Of a stretch of 19,688 nucleotides of DNA, positions 16,437 to 19,688 are shown one piece after another. Source of the DNA: an uncultured Leptospiraceae bacterium (GTDB taxonomy: Bacteria > Spirochaetota > Leptospiria > Leptospirales > Leptonemataceae); NCBI GenBank assembly GCA_964631535.1, contig CAZVZS010000040.1, positions 1,435 to 21,122 on the forward strand, in the 5' to 3' direction. A program made the position numbers and the translations under genes. How positions within the stretch are numbered: the first letter of the stretch is position 1; every line of letters begins with the position of its first letter. Under the pieces are notes generated by a model, which worked only from the letters and a program-made list of their open reading frames with translations, had not been told where the DNA came from and ran no database searches.

Positions 16437-17368
16437 AAATAACGAACCGCGATTCGAGCCAGGCCCGGATTGTCGGTGATGACTCCGTCGGCGCGCACGG
16501 CGAACACACGACGGATATCGTCGGGTTTATTGACGGTCCAGTAGTTCAAACGATACTGATAAGCTCGCGCCTGACCCACGAACGAATCGCTGACGAGCGA
16601 AAAAATCGGAAGGGACACGCCGAGGAACTCCAGTTCCTTGTGTACGAAGGGCGTCTCCAACAGATGATTCGCGTCACGCGGTACGCCGGCGCAGGCCCAC
16701 CCTGGCAGGCGCGCCAGGTAACAGAGCAGGAAGCTGACCTGCTCGCCGGCGGAAAGCCCGGTGGGGATGCCATTCACCAGGCCGCGGAATTCCTTCGTGG
16801 AAGAGCCACTCACGGAGGAGACGCTGACGGTTCGTTCCATGCCGTGGCTTCGGATTTCATTCCAGAGCAGCGCGGCGATTCCCGTGTAACTGCCCGTGAG
16901 GGAGTTGCCCGGCGTTTTCATTTCGATCGTCATGCGGGTTCGCGGAAACGAAGTGAAAATTTCGCGTAATTCGGGAATTTCGTAACCCAGGCCCGCACGG
17001 CAGGCTTTCACCTGCCCGGCGGAAAGGCGCGAGATCCGGTCCTGACCGGCGCAGGCCGCGGGCAGTTTATCGTCATGGTGCACCAGCAGGCGCCGATCGG
17101 TCGTCACGTGCACGTCCATCTCCAGAACTTCCACGCCCAGACCGGCCGCGTACCGATAGGCCTCCAGCGTTCCTTCGTGGAACCCGTTGCGCCGGGCCTC
17201 TTCATCAGCCGCGCCGCGATGCGCGATGATGGCGGGCGTGCGCGTCTGAAAATAGACCGTGGATACGTTGGGCACGGACGGCGCGGGGGCCGGTCGTGAA
17301 GCGCTCAAGCTGGTCGTGAGCGTGAATAACAAAACCGGCGCGGCGAAAACAATCGCGAAAATTTTCAT
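16397..17368 (-). CDS. Secreted glycerophosphodiester phosphodiesterase (GDPD, GlpQ/UgpQ family)
   Basis: IIAHRGAADEEARRNGFHEGTLEAYRYAAGLGVEVLEMDVHVTTDRRLLVHHDDKL and the C-terminal ADGVITDNP. An in-frame ATG at 17366-17368 gives the signal peptide MKIFAIVFAAPVLLFTLTTSLSAS, with GGGGAGAG just upstream. Confidence 0.8.
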   Translation of the reverse strand: MKIFAIVFAAPVLLFTLTTSLSASRPAPAPSVPNVSTVYFQTRTPAIIAHRGAADEEARRNGFHEGTLEAYRYAAGLGVEVLEMDVHVTTDRRLLVHHDDKLPAACAGQDRISRLSAGQVKACRAGLGYEIPELREIFTSFPRTRMTIEMKTPGNSLTGSYTGIAALLWNEIRSHGMERTVSVSSVSGSSTKEFRGLVNGIPTGLSAGEQVSFLLCYLARLPGWACAGVPRDANHLLETPFVHKELEFLGVSLPIFSLVSDSFVGQARAYQYRLNYWTVNKPDDIRRVFAVRADGVITDNPGLARIAVRYLWDENAYAQRWYS

Positions 17369-17610
17369 ACTCTCCCCCTGAACACAGAACATCTCCGGGG
17401 CGATTGGTTTATAAACGGCGAGGGTCCGCCCCGCCCCGATAATAACCGATTTCAATTGCCGCTGACATGGCGTCAACCATTTTACAGCACGTTTCTGGAG
17501 GCCGGGAGCTGGCGGGAAGACATTTTCCGCAACCGGTTCAATACGGATTGAATTATTGTGGAGACTTTCGCGAACCGGATCGTCTACTGCGGCAGTGAGC
17601 GGACCATTTC

Positions 17611-19539
17611 GTGAGACCCTGGATTTACTGGATTATTTTGAATTCGCTCGCGGGACCACTTCTGGCAGGCCCACCTGAATTTGAGGTTTCCGGTCTCGCC
17701 GGTCAGGGCGAACCGGTGCGGCTCGGATCGTATCTTGAATGCCTGCGCGGCGAAACCACGTTTTTATCCCCTGAGCCGATCGTTCGCGATCCGAACTGGA
17801 AAGCCGCTGAAAGCGAAATACCCAATTTCGGTTTCTCACGGATTGACGTCTGGGTTCGTTTCGCCCTGCGTAATTCGGGGACAGAGCGCATCGAACTGCG
17901 ACTCGAATCGCAAACCGTCTGGATTGATCGAATCGATTTTTTTCGCGAAGCGCCGGGCGGTTCCTTCACGCACATGGTCAGCGGCGACGAAATCCCATTC
18001 GTTCAACATCCGGTGCCCCATCGCAATCCGGTCTTTCCGGTCGTCCTGAAACCAGGGGAAACGGCCAGGTTTTACCTCCGCTATCACACGCGCGGATCGC
18101 TCAGCGTCCCCCTCTTACTCTATTCTCGCGAGGCCTTCGAAGCCGGGAGTCAGATCGAGTACAGCGTGCTGGGCGCTTATTTCGGCGTCATGCTCGCGCT
18201 CCTGATTTACAATCTGATTCTGTTCCTTTCGCTGCGTGAGCGGGTGTATTTTTTTTACTGCCTGTATCTCGCGAGCGTCATCACCATGTACGCGGTGAAT
18301 CTCGGGTTTTTATTTCAATTCGCGCGCACATCTCGCTGGTGGAACGACGAAGGCCTGCTGCTTCTGGCCGCGCTCGTCACAATCGCGCTGATTCAATTCA
18401 GCCGCGTATTTCTCGTGTCAAAACAAAACACGCCCTGGCTCGACCTCTGCCTGCGGATCCTGGTACCGGTCGTGGCTGTGTTCGGATTCGTGCCTCTGTT
18501 CGCCTACCAGTTCGGCGTGGCGGGGATCAATACCCTGGCCACGGTCTCCACCCTGGCCGTGTTCGCGCTGGGTATCGTATCGGTCGCGCGGCGCGTTCCG
18601 CAGTCGTCCTATTTTCTTTTCGGCTGGCTCTGTCTTCTACTCGGCGCGCTGATTGAAACCATGACGACCGGTGGAATTTTGCCGGTGACCTTCATCGGTC
18701 GTTTCGGCATCCAGATCGGAACGATCGTCGAGGTTCTGTTATTTGCCCTGGCGCTTGGCGGGCGCATTCGCACGCTGACCATAGAACGCGCTGAGACGCG
18801 GAGTCGCCTGAATCAGGTCGAACAGGAACTTGAACTTGCGCGCAGTATCCAGGCGCGCATTCTCCCGGGCCGAATTCCCGATCTCGCGGGGGCCGCGATT
18901 CACGTGCGTTATATTCCGTTGTTCGCGGTGGGCGGCGACTTTTATGACTTTCATGTACAGGATGAACACAGGGCCGGAATCGTGATCGCGGACGTATCCG
19001 GCCACGGCGTGGCCGCCGCCCTCGATTCATCCACGGTAAAAATCGCGTTTCAGAGCGTGAGCGAACACGCGCACCGACCGGATCTCGTATTATCCGGGAT
19101 GAATCATTTTCTGTGCGAAAACCTCCAGCAAACGTTCGTGAGCGCGCTGTACGCGTATTTCGATTTAGGCGCCATGCAACTTTCCGTGGCCAGCGCCGGC
19201 CATCCTCCGCTTTTGCTCGCCGGGACCGGGGGGCAGCCGACGCGCGAAATTACCACCGACGGGATGATGCTGGGCATCATTCGCGACTGCCAGTTCGAGA
19301 CGCGCGTCTTCGCGTTAAGCCCGGGCGACCGAATTTTATTATTCACCGACGGCCTGTTCGAAAATTTCGACGAAAACATCCATTCGGACGGGCTGGAAAC
19401 AATGAACGCGGTCGTCGCGCGCACGAGTCCGGCATCAGGCGCCGGATTTCAAGACGCGGTCATCGATGAAATGATTCAATGGCGCGGCGGGAAATCTCCG
19501 ACGGACGACGTAACGTTCATTACCGTCGAAATTGGCTGA
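17611..19539 (+). CDS. 7TMR-DISM receptor (extracellular DISMED2 domain plus 7TM) fused to a PP2C/SpoIIE Ser phosphatase (RsbU/RsbP-like)
   Basis: N-terminal ...RIDVWVRFALRNSGTERIELRLESQTVWIDRIDFF...PVVLKPGETARFYLRYHT, then seven hydrophobic helices. The phosphatase carries GGDFYDF, DVSGHGVAAAL, LLFTDGLFE and SPTDDVTFITVEI. GTG start. Confidence 0.9.
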   Translation: MRPWIYWIILNSLAGPLLAGPPEFEVSGLAGQGEPVRLGSYLECLRGETTFLSPEPIVRDPNWKAAESEIPNFGFSRIDVWVRFALRNSGTERIELRLESQTVWIDRIDFFREAPGGSFTHMVSGDEIPFVQHPVPHRNPVFPVVLKPGETARFYLRYHTRGSLSVPLLLYSREAFEAGSQIEYSVLGAYFGVMLALLIYNLILFLSLRERVYFFYCLYLASVITMYAVNLGFLFQFARTSRWWNDEGLLLLAALVTIALIQFSRVFLVSKQNTPWLDLCLRILVPVVAVFGFVPLFAYQFGVAGINTLATVSTLAVFALGIVSVARRVPQSSYFLFGWLCLLLGALIETMTTGGILPVTFIGRFGIQIGTIVEVLLFALALGGRIRTLTIERAETRSRLNQVEQELELARSIQARILPGRIPDLAGAAIHVRYIPLFAVGGDFYDFHVQDEHRAGIVIADVSGHGVAAALDSSTVKIAFQSVSEHAHRPDLVLSGMNHFLCENLQQTFVSALYAYFDLGAMQLSVASAGHPPLLLAGTGGQPTREITTDGMMLGIIRDCQFETRVFALSPGDRILLFTDGLFENFDENIHSDGLETMNAVVARTSPASGAGFQDAVIDEMIQWRGGKSPTDDVTFITVEIG

Positions 19540-19614
19540 CCCGGATTATGTCTGAAACGAAAATATAATGCGCCCCACCGGTATACAGGGCAGGCGGGGG
19601 CTTTTCGTTTCCGG
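19540..19614. repeat. Copy B of the stop-codon-abutting box cccggattatgtctgaaacgaaaatataatgcgcc, with a GC hairpin and a conserved ttttcgttt tail
   Basis: It matches 11302-11334 at about 28 of 33 positions and starts on the first base after the TGA stop. The 10-bp stem gaaacgaaaa (19554-19563) / ttttcgtttc (19602-19611) encloses gcgcccc...gcggggg. Confidence 0.55.
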
Positions 19615-19688
19615 TCTCACACTTATTCCTTTTCGCGAAGTCAGTGCGCGTCCCAATCGCGAATCATCTCGCGCGCGCTGGCCCGGGC

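Noticed and set aside
1-19688. CRISPR arrays, tRNA/rRNA genes, prophage or integrase genes
   Set aside because: I see no regularly spaced direct repeats, no cloverleaf-like or rRNA-like conserved stretches, and no recombinase motifs in any frame.

Overview
This 19.7-kb window of about 60% GC bacterial DNA is densely coding, and every protein gene I call is supported by motifs I can read directly in the ORF translations. The sequence also carries unusual A8/T8 homopolymer tracts. I find no rRNA, tRNA, CRISPR array, transposase or integrase.

Genes in order:
- a hypothetical gene on the minus strand (1-799) that runs off the window edge and is therefore missing from the ORF track;
- a pterin/folate pair: a short-chain dehydrogenase (SDR) fused to HPPK (FolK), with an apparent frameshift near nt 1145-1155, followed by a second Rossmann-fold gene that overlaps it by 4 nt;
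- a secreted DUF2147-like protein with a clean Shine-Dalgarno (SD) ribosome-binding site and a rho-independent terminator;
- a 900-aa polytopic membrane protein with HAMP, PP2C (SpoIIE) phosphatase and C-terminal TPR domains;
- a cytoplasmic SPFH/flotillin-like protein with a long coiled coil;
- a membrane protein of unknown function;
- a lone STAS anti-sigma-factor antagonist;
- a lipoprotein with HExxH and HEGxA zinc-peptidase-like motifs, followed by a 282-aa protein with no recognisable motif;
- a small membrane protein with a Met/Pro/Glu-rich tail;
- an OmpA-domain protein with TolB-like PD40 beta-propeller repeats;
- a secreted 431-aa unknown protein with atypical codon usage;
- a class III adenylyl cyclase with a PAS-like N-terminal domain;
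- a membrane-anchored unknown protein overlapping a secreted glycerophosphodiester phosphodiesterase;
- a 7TMR-DISM receptor fused to a SpoIIE phosphatase.

The main unexplained structure is a repeated element. A conserved box of about 33 nt sits exactly at the first base after the stop codons of two unrelated genes (11302 and 19540). In each copy the box is followed by a GC-rich hairpin and a conserved ttttcgtt tail. The first copy is also bounded by 18-bp terminal inverted repeats, like a miniature inverted-repeat transposable element (MITE) or a repetitive extragenic palindrome (REP) that carries a terminator.

The signalling repertoire (two sensor-linked RsbU-type phosphatases, an orphan STAS antagonist, and no kinase or sigma factor in the window) indicates a dispersed partner-switching network. 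The domain repertoire resembles Leptospiraceae-like spirochaetes, but the GC content is higher and I cannot assign taxonomy from sequence alone.
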